Source: Calditrichia bacterium (GTDB taxonomy: Bacteria; Calditrichota; Calditrichia; RBG-13-44-9; J075). Taken from it: a DNA stretch of 64,000 nucleotides. The translations under genes were made by a program, and so were the position numbers. Position 1 is the first letter of the stretch; each line of letters starts with the position of its first letter. This document shows, piece after piece, positions 1-10,920 of the stretch. Below the pieces are notes generated by a model, which was not told the DNA's origin, did not search any database, and saw only the letters and a program-made list of their open reading frames with translations. The stretch is taken from NCBI GenBank assembly GCA_050633245.1, contig JBOEGD010000011.1:364985-428984 (forward strand), read 5' to 3'.

Positions 1-36
1 TGAAGTGGGGGCTTTTTTATTTCTTCTTTAGCTATT

Positions 37-930
37 TTACTGGCTCGATCGCTTGCGCCAGTAACGCATTAAGCCCGCCACGCTCATCCATGCCGGGTTC
101 GCAGCATCGTATTGACGAATGGTTGATTCAGATAGGCCCGCATCACGCAGTTGCTGATCGGCATAGGCCTGAAATACAGGCGCCACTGCTGCAGGATCAG
201 CATTTTTTTCATAGTATGGTTTTATCCAATTTGCCCAATCCCACAGCATTTCCTCCAGGGTCTGCAGATGCTCCGGAATCTCGTTACCCTTTACTTCACC
301 GTAATGAGTGAGATACATGCTCCGCAGATCTAATGTTCGTATTCTATTGATTGAAGCAATCCAGTATTCCAGGTAAATATCCGGTGGGGGACAGGGCGGT
401 ACTGCCGGGCCATCGGCAATTTTTACTCCGGCCACATCGCCGGCAAATAACACGTCATCTATTTGCCAGGCAATATGATGCACTGCATGACCGGGTGTAT
501 GAAGTGCAGTAACCCGGGTATTGCCAACAGACACAACCTCATTGTCTTCAGCTGTTAACAGCTGTTTCTCGGGAATAGCACGCATCTCTCCCCATAGTGT
601 GTCCATTCTGTCTTGATATATGCGACGGGCAGATACCATTAACTTTGAAGGATCTGCCATGTGTCGTGAGCCGAACGGGTGAAGGTGAATCATTGCTCCT
701 GCTTCAGCAAATGCCCACGCTGCACCCGCATGATCGAGGTGAATATGAGTGAGGAAGACATGGCTAATATCTTCCTTCTTTACACCGGCCTTTTCAAGCT
801 CTGACTCCAGTTGTGGCAAGCAGGAATGTGGGCCGGTTTCGATGAGGATTGGCCCCGCACTCGTGTCTATCAGAAATGCTGCTATAGATTTGTCTAAGCC
901 CTGAAACTTCAGATCCAGCACCTTTATCAT
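37..930 (-). CDS. MBL-fold metallo-hydrolase
   Basis: THIHLDHAG (HxHxDH), TPGHAVHH, FAGD and THYG motifs of the metallo-beta-lactamase fold. Confidence 0.9.
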   Translation of the reverse strand: MIKVLDLKFQGLDKSIAAFLIDTSAGPILIETGPHSCLPQLESELEKAGVKKEDISHVFLTHIHLDHAGAAWAFAEAGAMIHLHPFGSRHMADPSKLMVSARRIYQDRMDTLWGEMRAIPEKQLLTAEDNEVVSVGNTRVTALHTPGHAVHHIAWQIDDVLFAGDVAGVKIADGPAVPPCPPPDIYLEYWIASINRIRTLDLRSMYLTHYGEVKGNEIPEHLQTLEEMLWDWANWIKPYYEKNADPAAVAPVFQAYADQQLRDAGLSESTIRQYDAANPAWMSVAGLMRYWRKRSSQ

Positions 931-938
931 TCCGTCTC

Positions 939-2468
939 CTATTTGTTCTTGAGCGGCTTGCGTGGCATTCTGTCATCGCGCATGGCCGTATGATAAACGA
1001 TTGAGGCTACGATAACAGCCGAGCTCATTAAATCGTTCGCTTGAAGATGATCATAGGTGTCCATGTTGGTATGCCAGGTGCGAGTAAAATATGACACCGG
1101 ATCCTGGATGAATTGGAATCCGGGAAGACCCAAGGCGTTGAATGTCAGGTGATCGGTGCCTGATGTATTTCGAATAGTAAGTGTTGATGCGCCTAAATCA
1201 TGGAATGGTTTAAAATACGCTTCGAAAATTGGTCGCATGGCATCGTGCTCCTGTAAATAGATGCCGCGAATTTTGCCGGTTCCATTATCTAAATTATAGT
1301 AAGCGGATAAATTCTTATGATCCGACTTTAACTTCATTGTTTCAGCATCACCAAAGTGCTTTTTTGCATATCCCTTAGAACCCAGCAAGCCCTGTTCTTC
1401 GCCTGTCCATAGTGCAAGGCGAATAGTACGTTTCGGCTGCACGTCGATGGCTTTCAGAATACGGATGGCCTCCATCATTACAGCGCTTCCGGCGGCATTG
1501 TCGGTTGCTCCGGTTCCTGCGTGCCAAGAATCCAGATGGGCTCCCAGCATAACAATTTCATTCTTTAGCTTGCCTTTGCCCGGGATTTCGGCAATTACAT
1601 TAAAGCCGATCGAATCTGCAAGGTGAAATGAGTTTTGCACATTTCCTTTAATCTGCACATCCATATTTTTGTCCAGAAGACGCACCATTCGATTGTATTG
1701 TTCTGGTGCAACAACCAGCGCTGGAACGGCTGGTGTTGCACTTGCCTTTGGACTTCCACCACGTGTAACTCGCAGCGTTCCGTGTTTAATGCGGCTCGGT
1801 TCGATAGTGAGGGCAGCTTTTTCCTCTGTCATCAACTGGCTGCGTTTACGAAACATTGCTCTGCGTTGAATGAAACTCTGCCTGCGACTACGAGCGCTAC
1901 TTCGTCCCGGATCCTGCGCCATCATCAACTCGGACAATTCCTCGTCGGTACGACGCGTGGCTTCCGCCTCAAATCCTTGCTCAATTTCAAATTCCTTGCC
2001 AAGTAAAACGATCTTTCCGGCAAGCTTCCCGCGATATTGTTCTAAATCTTCTTCCTTTTCAATCACAACGTGAACCGGAGTGCCTTGCACGGTAGTGTCC
2101 GTTCCAGGTGTCCATGCCTTGGGGTGGGCTATTAAATTCATGTATTGCGGGGAGGTCATCTCCAGAGAATATCCTTCGGTGGTCCAGCCTCGCCCAAAAT
2201 ATCCCCACTCTTCCAGATGCGAATTTGCTAGTCCCCACTCTGTCATGGTGTCGCGCGCCCATTCTGCTGCACTACGCAAGTTTGGAGAACCTGTTAATCT
2301 TGGACCGTGCACATCAGTAAGATAAAAAGCAATATCCATAACCTGAGAGTTTTTTAGTCCTTCATAGCGAATTTTATTTACCACCTCTAAATCGACCTTC
2401 TCTTCGGCGATAATACTAGAAGTGAAGGTAAAGAATAAACACATAAAAGCGGTGAAAATGGTCCTCAT
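939..2468 (-). CDS. Secreted M28-family peptidase (carboxypeptidase Q-like)
   Basis: GAHLDSWH, GATDNAAG, GEEQGLLGS, TDH and WHT Zn-ligand motifs; ATG at 2468 has a GGAGG RBS and starts a signal peptide (ORF track starts at 2531). Confidence 0.88.
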   Translation of the reverse strand: MRTIFTAFMCLFFTFTSSIIAEEKVDLEVVNKIRYEGLKNSQVMDIAFYLTDVHGPRLTGSPNLRSAAEWARDTMTEWGLANSHLEEWGYFGRGWTTEGYSLEMTSPQYMNLIAHPKAWTPGTDTTVQGTPVHVVIEKEEDLEQYRGKLAGKIVLLGKEFEIEQGFEAEATRRTDEELSELMMAQDPGRSSARSRRQSFIQRRAMFRKRSQLMTEEKAALTIEPSRIKHGTLRVTRGGSPKASATPAVPALVVAPEQYNRMVRLLDKNMDVQIKGNVQNSFHLADSIGFNVIAEIPGKGKLKNEIVMLGAHLDSWHAGTGATDNAAGSAVMMEAIRILKAIDVQPKRTIRLALWTGEEQGLLGSKGYAKKHFGDAETMKLKSDHKNLSAYYNLDNGTGKIRGIYLQEHDAMRPIFEAYFKPFHDLGASTLTIRNTSGTDHLTFNALGLPGFQFIQDPVSYFTRTWHTNMDTYDHLQANDLMSSAVIVASIVYHTAMRDDRMPRKPLKNK

Positions 2469-2706
2469 AAGGTCCTCCAAAAAATATTCATCAATGAAAT
2501 CGAGTTTGTATATGTCAAATAAAGTGAACAAATATTGTGTAGCAGTTCAAACTTCTCAAATCTTCTGCAACAAACTTACCATCAAAATATGCGTCCATGA
2601 AACCAATATTCTTTGAATTCACACTCACAAGGCGCTATCTGAGTAGTCTGTGTTGAAATTACAATACGGAGATAGCGCGATCTTTCAAAATAGATTATAA
2701 ATCCTG

Positions 2707-2735
2707 TTGAAGAAGTTTCCTCAATACGCTAAATT
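2707..2735 (+). promoter_or_regulatory. Putative sigma70-type promoter for ubiE-menF-menD
   Basis: TTGAAG-17 bp-TAAATT, about 50 nt upstream of the ATG. Confidence 0.4.
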
Positions 2736-2786
2736 AGAAAATGAGTTAATGAAATTAGTCACAAGCATAAAAAGAATAGAGAAATA

Positions 2787-3530
2787 ATGACAGAAAATAG
2801 AGTAGCTGCTCCCGTTTCGCAAAGCGAGGAGCCTTCCCGAAGGGAAGTGTGGAAAATGTTCGATCGTATTGCCGGTCGCTATGATCTGCTAAATAGATTG
2901 CTTTCGTTTGGCCAGGATGTTGTCTGGCGCAAACGCGTGTCGCGACATTTGTCGTCTCGTTCCGATCAGCGTGTTTTGGATTTGGCCACTGGAACCGGTG
3001 ATTTACTTATTTCCATTTTCAAGCACAGCAAAAATGTGAAGAGTGGTGTCGGAATTGACATGGCCGAGAAAATGTTGGAAGTGGGCCGTGAGAAGTTAAC
3101 GAAACGAAATTTGAATGATCGCCTGACGTTGCAAACAGGTAATGCGGTAAAAATTCCCTTCTCCGATAAGTCTTTCGATGCAGTGACGATATCATTTGGT
3201 ATCCGTAATGTAAGCAATGTCTCCACATCACTTGAAGAGATGCATCGCGTTTTGCGTCAGGATGGGCGAGCTATTATCCTCGAATTTTCTCTTCCTGGAA
3301 ATGCCATTGTTCGTCATGGCTATTTATTTTATTTCCGTCATATACTGCCCCGTCTGGGCTCTTTGATTTCTGGTGACGGCTATGCGTATCGCTACTTAAA
3401 CCAGACTGTAGAAACGTTTCCCTATGGACGTGAGTTTTGCAAGTTAATGACAGATGCAGGCTTTGATAATGTTGTTGCCACGCCGCTAACCTTTGGTATT
3501 GCTACTATTTATCAGGGAGATCGTCGATAG
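2787..3530 (+). CDS. ubiE: Demethylmenaquinone methyltransferase UbiE/MenG
   Basis: MFDRIAGRYDLLNRLLSFG, VLDLATGTGD (SAM-binding), ISFGIRNV, YRYLNQTVETFP; adjacent to menF and menD. Confidence 0.93.
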   Translation: MTENRVAAPVSQSEEPSRREVWKMFDRIAGRYDLLNRLLSFGQDVVWRKRVSRHLSSRSDQRVLDLATGTGDLLISIFKHSKNVKSGVGIDMAEKMLEVGREKLTKRNLNDRLTLQTGNAVKIPFSDKSFDAVTISFGIRNVSNVSTSLEEMHRVLRQDGRAIILEFSLPGNAIVRHGYLFYFRHILPRLGSLISGDGYAYRYLNQTVETFPYGREFCKLMTDAGFDNVVATPLTFGIATIYQGDRR

Positions 3531-3566
3531 GACGTTGACATATATTCCAAACGCAGGGATTGAGAT

Positions 3567-4976
3567 ATGAAATCAATAGACCGAGCTGACATAACGCATG
3601 ATATGCGTGAAAAGCTGCATGCTTTCTTTGCTATTGAAAGCAGTAAGCTAAAAGATCGCGACGAGCAATTTGTTCGTCTCGAACTGCAAATTCCATGGCT
3701 GGATCCATTCGCATGGTTGAGCAATCAGCGCTTTCCGGTAAAGTTTTACTGGCGAGATCGTAAGCAGACATTTGAAACCGCCGGTATCGGCGAAGCACAT
3801 ACAATTATCGGGGATGCCAAACCAGATGCCTCGCGTTTGTTCGAACGGATGATGGCCTACTTGCCTGATACTCGGATCGCTCCGCGACTGCGCTACTATG
3901 GCGGCATGCGTTTCGCTAAGAGATCTTCCGAAGATGAAGAATGGAAGGCTTTTGGCTGCTATCGATTTACCGTTCCGCAGTTTGAACTGAGTATCGAAGA
4001 TGGCAAAACGCTCCTGGCTTGCAACTTTCTTTATTCAACTAAGCATCACGAGCTACTTTTTCAGCAGCTTCTTGCTGCGCTTGAAAAATTATCCTTTCGC
4101 CCCAGCAGTCGTTTGCCTAAGCTCAAGAAACTGCTCAGCCGTCGGGATTTTCCTGACTTCAGCGGGTGGCGAGAGAATGTCGTTACCTCGTTAAAGCTAT
4201 TCTCGACAAAGCAGTTGAAGAAAATTGTAATGGCACGTAAAACGACTCTCGAATACGATTCGCCGTTAAATCCGTTGTCGGTGTTTAATAAGCTGCGAAG
4301 CGATGGCCCGGGGGCGTTTCAGTTTTATTTCCAACCCACTGATAACCTCGCATTCCTCGGGCGTACGCCTGAACTGCTGTACCGACGACAAAACGGAGCC
4401 GTATTTAGTGATGCCATTGCGGGAACTCGTAAAAGAGGCGAGACGAATCTGGAAGATAAACAGCTCGCCTCTGAGTTGCTCAATAGTGATAAAGATGTAA
4501 GAGAACATCGCATTGTGCTTGAAGATATCGCTAAGCGTATGAAGAGACTTTGTTCTGAAACGGAAGTCGATGAACGCATCCGCGTGCTAAAGTTGGCAAG
4601 GTTACAACACCTTTACGCGACTGTCAAGGGGCAGCTGAAAACGGAGATTAATGATGGCCATATCATTGATGATTTGCATCCGACGCCTGCTGTTGGTGGA
4701 TTGCCCAAGAAAGCTGCTCTTGAAAAGATTGTAGAGCTCGAACCTTTCGATCGCGGTTGGTATGCAGGCCCGGTTGGCTGGGTTGGCAGACAGTGGTCTG
4801 AGTTTGCCGTTGCCATTCGTTCGGGATTAGTAGACCTAAACAAGCTCCACCTTTATGCCGGCGCTGGCATTGTTCCCGGATCAGAGCCGAATCTTGAGTG
4901 GGATGAGATTGAAAACAAGCTCGGCAACTTCATGTCTTTTATAGAGGAGCCGGCAGAAGTAAGCGCCGGAGCCTAG
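3567..4976 (+). CDS. menF: Isochorismate synthase MenF
   Basis: Chorismate-binding motifs TPELL, AIAGT, KDVREH, LHPTPAVGG, RGWYAGPVGW, AGAGIV; directly upstream of menD. Confidence 0.9.
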   Translation: MKSIDRADITHDMREKLHAFFAIESSKLKDRDEQFVRLELQIPWLDPFAWLSNQRFPVKFYWRDRKQTFETAGIGEAHTIIGDAKPDASRLFERMMAYLPDTRIAPRLRYYGGMRFAKRSSEDEEWKAFGCYRFTVPQFELSIEDGKTLLACNFLYSTKHHELLFQQLLAALEKLSFRPSSRLPKLKKLLSRRDFPDFSGWRENVVTSLKLFSTKQLKKIVMARKTTLEYDSPLNPLSVFNKLRSDGPGAFQFYFQPTDNLAFLGRTPELLYRRQNGAVFSDAIAGTRKRGETNLEDKQLASELLNSDKDVREHRIVLEDIAKRMKRLCSETEVDERIRVLKLARLQHLYATVKGQLKTEINDGHIIDDLHPTPAVGGLPKKAALEKIVELEPFDRGWYAGPVGWVGRQWSEFAVAIRSGLVDLNKLHLYAGAGIVPGSEPNLEWDEIENKLGNFMSFIEEPAEVSAGA

Positions 4977-4980
4977 TTGC

Positions 4981-6708
4981 ATGGTCGCGCATACGGGAGA
5001 CCTAAATGCTGTATGGGGCCGCCTTCTTGTTGAAGAATTAATCCGACATAAGGCTTGCCGATTTTTTATCTCCCCGGGATCACGCTCAACACCATTGACC
5101 AGCGCTGTTGCCATTTCCAAAGCGGCAACAGCAACGCTTTGTCTGGATGAGCGGGCAGCTGCGTTCCAGGCTTTGGGTTTTGCCAGAGCCAGCGGTAAAC
5201 CTGTAGTTCTTATTTGCTCTTCCGGGACCGCCGGAGCAAATTATTTCCCCGCATTAATTGAGGCCTCTGTCGATCAAATCCCAATGATCGTTTTAACGGC
5301 TGATCGTCCACCGGAATTACGCGAAACCTCTGCCAACCAAACCATCCAACAAATGCCACTGTACGGCAACTATACGCGCTGGCAATTCGACTTACCCTGT
5401 CCAAGCTTAGCAATATCAAACGAATTTGTTTTGACAACAGTCGCACAGCTGGTGGCAAAGTCCCAATTCCCAACTCCGGGACCGGTGCATTTAAACTGCA
5501 TGTTTCGCGAGCCATTTACAGTTTCCGATAATGGAGCAGTCGCAAATGAATTAAAGTGCTATCTGGCACGCACATCTCCGTATACGAAGATTTATACTCC
5601 GATTACAAAACCTGCAAAAACGCAGCTGAGAGAATTCTCTGAGTTAATAAGCTCTAAAAATGGTGTGCTGTCAGTTGGCCGATTGAAATCTGCTCATGAG
5701 CAGGCTGCAGTAGAAGAACTGGCCGAGGCCTTAAACTGGCCGATTGTTCCAGACATTTGTAGTGGTCTGCGCTTGGGAACTGCGTCGAGGGCAAAGATGT
5801 TGCCGTATTTCGACCAAATGCTGTTGAGTAAGCGGATTGCGGAAATGAAAGTTGATGTTATTTTGCAAATTGGCGCTCCTCCGGTCTCTAAGCGCTGGCA
5901 CGCCTTTGCCAAGACTTCCAACGCGACAAAGATTTGCGTCCAGTCTTCATTCGACCGTCAAGACCCTGACCATCAAACCGCTCATCGTTTTATGGGAAGC
6001 ATTATCGAAACGTGCAAGAGTCTGGCACGTGCTGTAAACCGAAGAGCAGAGCATCTGGAGTTTGATGAGTTGACGCGACAAATTGACAGTGAGATTTCCA
6101 GTGTTGCTGCAGATGATGAGCCTATTAATGAGATAGCAGTCGCGCGAATTGTTTCTGAAGAAATTCAGGAAGAGCATGCGCTTTTTCTGGCAGCGAGCAT
6201 GCCGATTCGAGATATGAATATGTACGCCGCTTTTGCCAATAAACACATTCCTTGTAGCGCTAACCGTGGTGCCAGTGGCATTGACGGTACGATTGCATCA
6301 GCCTGTGGATATGCAGAAGGAATGAATAGACAAACAACATTGGTGATTGGTGATCTGGCAAGCCTTCACGATTTAAACTCACTGCATCTCCTGAACGATA
6401 ATATTCCGCCAATAACAATAGTTGTAGTTAATAATGGTGGAGGTGGAATATTCTCGTTTCTGCCTATTGCCAGCGATAAGGAAGTCTTTAATCCCTGGTT
6501 CTCAACGCCACATGAGATTGAATTTAAAAAGGCAGCCGAGCTGTTTGATATTCCTTATTTCAGCCCCACAGCTTGTGGAGATTTTCGCAGGATTTACCGC
6601 CAGGCGCTGGATCTGAATAAACACGTCCTCATTGAAATAAAAACCGATCAGCAAGAGAACGTTGAACTTCACCAGTCTTTGCAGGATCGAATAAAGAACA
6701 TAATTTAA
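4981..6708 (+). CDS. menD: SEPHCHC synthase MenD
   Basis: SPGSRSTPL, DERAAAF, TADRPPEL, NRGASGIDG, GDLASLHDLNSL and NNGGGGIF ThDP-enzyme motifs. Confidence 0.95.
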   Translation: MVAHTGDLNAVWGRLLVEELIRHKACRFFISPGSRSTPLTSAVAISKAATATLCLDERAAAFQALGFARASGKPVVLICSSGTAGANYFPALIEASVDQIPMIVLTADRPPELRETSANQTIQQMPLYGNYTRWQFDLPCPSLAISNEFVLTTVAQLVAKSQFPTPGPVHLNCMFREPFTVSDNGAVANELKCYLARTSPYTKIYTPITKPAKTQLREFSELISSKNGVLSVGRLKSAHEQAAVEELAEALNWPIVPDICSGLRLGTASRAKMLPYFDQMLLSKRIAEMKVDVILQIGAPPVSKRWHAFAKTSNATKICVQSSFDRQDPDHQTAHRFMGSIIETCKSLARAVNRRAEHLEFDELTRQIDSEISSVAADDEPINEIAVARIVSEEIQEEHALFLAASMPIRDMNMYAAFANKHIPCSANRGASGIDGTIASACGYAEGMNRQTTLVIGDLASLHDLNSLHLLNDNIPPITIVVVNNGGGGIFSFLPIASDKEVFNPWFSTPHEIEFKKAAELFDIPYFSPTACGDFRRIYRQALDLNKHVLIEIKTDQQENVELHQSLQDRIKNII

Positions 6709-6889
6709 GAGCAGAACACCGAATACAGACAGAGATTGCTCGGGTGAGCAGGAAACAAGAAGAAAATTGCCTTTTCACCTTTCAACTTTTACTTATACTT
6801 ATAGAACTCAAGTATAACGAAGCGTATATCTCGCGAAGTGTGAAACACAGAATCCGGATCCCTGAACCTGGAACTCTATCGGAAAACGT

Positions 6890-7639
6890 ATGGAACTTTG
6901 GCAAGTCGCTTTACTGTTTGGTGTCGGCTCAATGGCCGGCATGATCAACGTTTTGGCTGGCGGTGGGTCTTCGCTGACGCTCCCAGCCCTGATTTTCTTA
7001 GGGCTGGATAGTGCCTTGGCAAATGGCACGAACCGAGTAGCCATAATAATGCAGAACATCTTCGCTACTGCATCATTCCGCAAGCAGCAGGTCAGCAACT
7101 TCAACCTTAGCGTTAAGCTTGCTCTTTGGACTTTGCCTGGTGCGATTATTGGTGCCATTATGGCCGTTCGAATCAGTGACGAGTGGTTCCAGACAATTCT
7201 GGCCATCGTTCTGATAGGCGTAATAATATCGATGTTCTTCTCACCAGCGGGTAAGCAAAACCTTACTGCCAACCTGGATGGGAAACCGAATTGGTTAATT
7301 TACCCGGCCATGTTTGGTATAGGCTTCTACGGTGGATTCATTCAAGTGGGAGTTGGATTTTTGTTAATGGCCAGTCTGTTCCATTTACTTCGCACCTCAC
7401 TGGTATATGTGAACATGCATAAAGTGCTTATCGTACTGATTTATACTATTCCTGCGCTGGCAATCTTTATTTATAGCGACAAAGTTGATTGGGGATTTGG
7501 TTTAAGTTTAGCTGCCGGAAATGCTTTTGGTGCTTGGTGGGCTGCGAAGTTTGCGGTAAAAATTGGCGACAAGGTGGTTCGATATGTATTAATTCTCGCG
7601 ATCGTTATTATGATTCTGAAGCTGTTGAAGGTTTTCTAA
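6890..7639 (+). CDS. TauE/SafE (TSUP) family membrane transporter
   Basis: About 8 hydrophobic segments; GGGSSL, ANGTN and GFYGGFIQVGVG motifs. Confidence 0.85.
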   Translation: MELWQVALLFGVGSMAGMINVLAGGGSSLTLPALIFLGLDSALANGTNRVAIIMQNIFATASFRKQQVSNFNLSVKLALWTLPGAIIGAIMAVRISDEWFQTILAIVLIGVIISMFFSPAGKQNLTANLDGKPNWLIYPAMFGIGFYGGFIQVGVGFLLMASLFHLLRTSLVYVNMHKVLIVLIYTIPALAIFIYSDKVDWGFGLSLAAGNAFGAWWAAKFAVKIGDKVVRYVLILAIVIMILKLLKVF

Positions 7640-7833
7640 TCGAGAAAAAAATGTCCAAAGAACTCTTCTATTTTAAGAATAACATAGTGGTGGTACTAAA
7701 TTCAGACTGCTCCATTATGAGAATGCTCCATTCTGGCCGCAAAAACAGAATTTTCGCAGGCACGTAAGATCGCTCACACTAATCTTAATTGAAAATCACA
7801 ATTTTGCATGCCAAGAACCAAAGCGAGGGATGC

Positions 7834-10761
7834 ATGGCTGGAAAATTGATCAAAAAAACAATCTACTGTTTTTTGATTGTTCTGTTTTCTTCGTTTTCGC
7901 TTGCTCAAGAACCTCTACAGGCTGATGGTAGCATGCGGCTTCCCGGCGGTATATCCACTTATATAAACTCTGCAAAACAGATCGCGCTCAACCGAACTAG
8001 CGCAGGACGTTCCTTTCAAAAACGCCATCCGAGCTGGAGCATTCAGTGGAATGAAGCCACCGGCACACCACATCGCGCATTTGGCCGCGGTATTCCACTA
8101 ACCGGGTTTGCTGCAATTACTCAAGATAATATTGAAGATGCAGCTCGGCTTTTTATTGAAGATGAGCTGCGTGTTTTTGGGGTACAATTAGAACATCTAA
8201 AACTCATTCGAGCAGTAAAGCGCGGAAACTATTGGTATGTCGGCTATCGTCAGGAATATGCCGGTATCGAGGTGTTGTTATCAGAGGTTGAACTTCGCAT
8301 ACACGATAGTGGCAACGTGAGCGCATTTGGCATATCAGTCTATTCAATTGAGAATATTTCCACAACTCCGACATTATCCTCCGGGCAGATTGAGCAAGCG
8401 TCTGTATTCGGATTGAAATTTGACCATCAAAAAGACTCTGTTGAAGACTCTAAACAGCTGTATATCCTTCCAATACGACAGGACAACTCAATCTCTTATC
8501 ATTTGGTGTATGAAACAGTTGTTAAACTCAGCGACCTGTCCGGCAACTATTTTGCCTATGTAAATGCTCACAATGGTGAATTGCTATGGCGGAAAAATTT
8601 AGTTCTGACAATTGATACGGATATTACCGTACAGAGCGCAATTCGAGAAGAAACCCCGACAGAACCATATCAATTAAGAGGTAATGGCCAACAATATGTA
8701 ACTGTCAACGGAGTACAGCTTACAACGGATAGCCTGGGGCAGTTGACAACCGATGTGGTTTTTAATGCGCCCGTTACCGCTACGCTGCGCGGAAGCTATG
8801 CGCGAGTTTTTCGCCAGGATGCTCCAAATGCCCGAGTAGATTCGCTGATTGTTCAAGGCGATTCAATGATTATCATTTGGAATGATTTCAATTCTCACCC
8901 TGCAGAACGCAACGTGTTTTACCATACGAACCGCGCACATGGCTATTTAAAAATGCTTGACCCTCAGTTTGTCGCGCTGGATTATGAAATGCCCTGCCAG
9001 GTAAATAATGATGGTAATTGCAATGCGGTTTGGAATGGCAATGGAATGTCTTTTCTTTCCGCCGGGGGAGGCTGCGCGAATACCGGGCAGATGCCGTCGG
9101 TAGTTTATCATGAGTATGGGCATGGCGTGAATCAATATCTCTATCAGGAAAATGGCTCCAGTCGCGGTATGATAAACGATGCTGCAAACGAAGGAACTGC
9201 TGATGTAAATTCTGCGATGATAGAAGATGAAAATCGCGTCGGTCGTGGTTTTACCGGGCCGAATACACTACTTCGCGATCTCGCGAATTTTAGGAGCTAC
9301 CCCAACGATGTAACTGGAGCAATTCACAGTGACGGGCTAATACTTGGTGGTGCATTTTGGGATTTGCGTCTTCTGGTTGGTCTGGAGAAAGCACGAGAAT
9401 TGGCACATTTTAGCAAATACGGTCTACCCGACGATGTTAACCTGGGAGTCTGTTACAGTGAATGGTTTGTAGAAGTGCTTATCGCTGATGACGATGATGG
9501 TGATCTTGCAAACGGCACTCCTAATTCCGATGCAATTATTCAGGCTTTTAACAAACATGGAATCGGGACGCAGCTCTTTATTACGCTGAATCTTCGACAT
9601 GAACCTCTCGCGAACACCCTGGATACTCTAAATGCTTATCGCGCAGAGGTGTCACTGCCAAATTCGGCCTTTATCGAAATTGACTCGTTATTGCTGATCT
9701 ACTCGGTTGATAATTTTTTGTCTGAACAAGAGGTCTTAATGCAGCATGACGGCGTTGCAGGATTTGAGGTTGATTTACCTGCCCAGACCTCCGGTTCTAT
9801 TGTTCACTATTATTTATCTGCGAAAGATGGGGCGTCCAACATAAAATTACGTTTCCCGTCAGACAATGGCAGCTATGCCTTTCTTGTAGGTTATGAAGAA
9901 AAAGTTTTCGATAACATGGAGGAGGGGAGTGGTTGGTTGACCGGAATCGCCAGCGACAATGCAACTACCGGATTATGGGAGCTTGCAGATCCGGAAGGCA
10001 CATCGATCGGCAGTCAGCCAGAAGATGATCATTCTGAAAACGGAGAGCTTTGTTTCATTACGGGTGCAGCATCCGGAACCGTAAGTGGTCAGTTTGATGT
10101 TGATGGTGGAGCAACAACACTTCAGTCGCCTGTATTTGATATCAGTAAGATGACCGATCCGATCGTTACTTATTACAAGTGGTATTCTAATGATCTTGGT
10201 GCAACACCGGGGAGCGAATCCTGGGTCGTGCGCGCGAGCGTTGATGGTGTTGCCTGGGTTGATGTGGAAAATACGTCTTTCTCGTCGAGCGGCTGGGAAA
10301 AGGTCACGCTGCGCATAAGTGACTTTTTGGATGTGCAGGATAGCCTGCAATTTCGTTTTATTGCCAGCGATGAGGGCGCCGGGACATTGGTTGAAGCAGG
10401 TCTGGACGACTTTTCTCTGTTGTCTCAAAACACCATTCAAAGTCCCGAGCCGAAGCCGCTGTTGCCAGTTCTTTTTGCATTAGATCAAAATTTTCCTAAT
10501 CCATTTAATCCTACCACAACCATACCTTTTGCGTTGCCTGAGGCCTCAAACGTTACCATAACTGTCTATGACCTGCTTGGGCGGCGTTTGCGTCATGTAA
10601 TACGTCGAAGCTACGACAGTGGATTTCATTCGGCCGAATGGAATGGTGAGACGGACGCCGGTAATCAGGTGTCCAGCGGAATTTACGTTTATAGAATCCA
10701 ATGTATGCGCAATGGGAACGTTGTTTTTACCGATACCCGGAAATTGCTTTTGCTGCGTTAA
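7834..10761 (+). CDS. Secreted thermolysin/fungalysin-like (M4/M36) metallopeptidase with propeptide, accessory beta domains and C-terminal T9SS-type/FlgD-Ig domain
   Basis: Signal peptide; FTP/PepSY-like segment (YVNAHNGELLW); HEYGH then NEGTAD and IHSDG; C-terminal LDQNFPNPFNPTT...WNG...SGIYVYRI; ATG 7834 has a GAGGGA RBS. Confidence 0.82.
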   Translation: MAGKLIKKTIYCFLIVLFSSFSLAQEPLQADGSMRLPGGISTYINSAKQIALNRTSAGRSFQKRHPSWSIQWNEATGTPHRAFGRGIPLTGFAAITQDNIEDAARLFIEDELRVFGVQLEHLKLIRAVKRGNYWYVGYRQEYAGIEVLLSEVELRIHDSGNVSAFGISVYSIENISTTPTLSSGQIEQASVFGLKFDHQKDSVEDSKQLYILPIRQDNSISYHLVYETVVKLSDLSGNYFAYVNAHNGELLWRKNLVLTIDTDITVQSAIREETPTEPYQLRGNGQQYVTVNGVQLTTDSLGQLTTDVVFNAPVTATLRGSYARVFRQDAPNARVDSLIVQGDSMIIIWNDFNSHPAERNVFYHTNRAHGYLKMLDPQFVALDYEMPCQVNNDGNCNAVWNGNGMSFLSAGGGCANTGQMPSVVYHEYGHGVNQYLYQENGSSRGMINDAANEGTADVNSAMIEDENRVGRGFTGPNTLLRDLANFRSYPNDVTGAIHSDGLILGGAFWDLRLLVGLEKARELAHFSKYGLPDDVNLGVCYSEWFVEVLIADDDDGDLANGTPNSDAIIQAFNKHGIGTQLFITLNLRHEPLANTLDTLNAYRAEVSLPNSAFIEIDSLLLIYSVDNFLSEQEVLMQHDGVAGFEVDLPAQTSGSIVHYYLSAKDGASNIKLRFPSDNGSYAFLVGYEEKVFDNMEEGSGWLTGIASDNATTGLWELADPEGTSIGSQPEDDHSENGELCFITGAASGTVSGQFDVDGGATTLQSPVFDISKMTDPIVTYYKWYSNDLGATPGSESWVVRASVDGVAWVDVENTSFSSSGWEKVTLRISDFLDVQDSLQFRFIASDEGAGTLVEAGLDDFSLLSQNTIQSPEPKPLLPVLFALDQNFPNPFNPTTTIPFALPEASNVTITVYDLLGRRLRHVIRRSYDSGFHSAEWNGETDAGNQVSSGIYVYRIQCMRNGNVVFTDTRKLLLLR

Positions 10762-10920
10762 GGTATTAGAAACACGTATAAAAAAGCTTCGCTAAGTTCC
10801 GAATCCCTTCTGTCTCATAACCACTCAATATTTTCAAGAAAATGCCGATTATTTCTACACAACAAACGGGTTAAATAGATCCGTTATACATTCACCTTCG
10901 CTTATTGAGCGGCTGCACTT

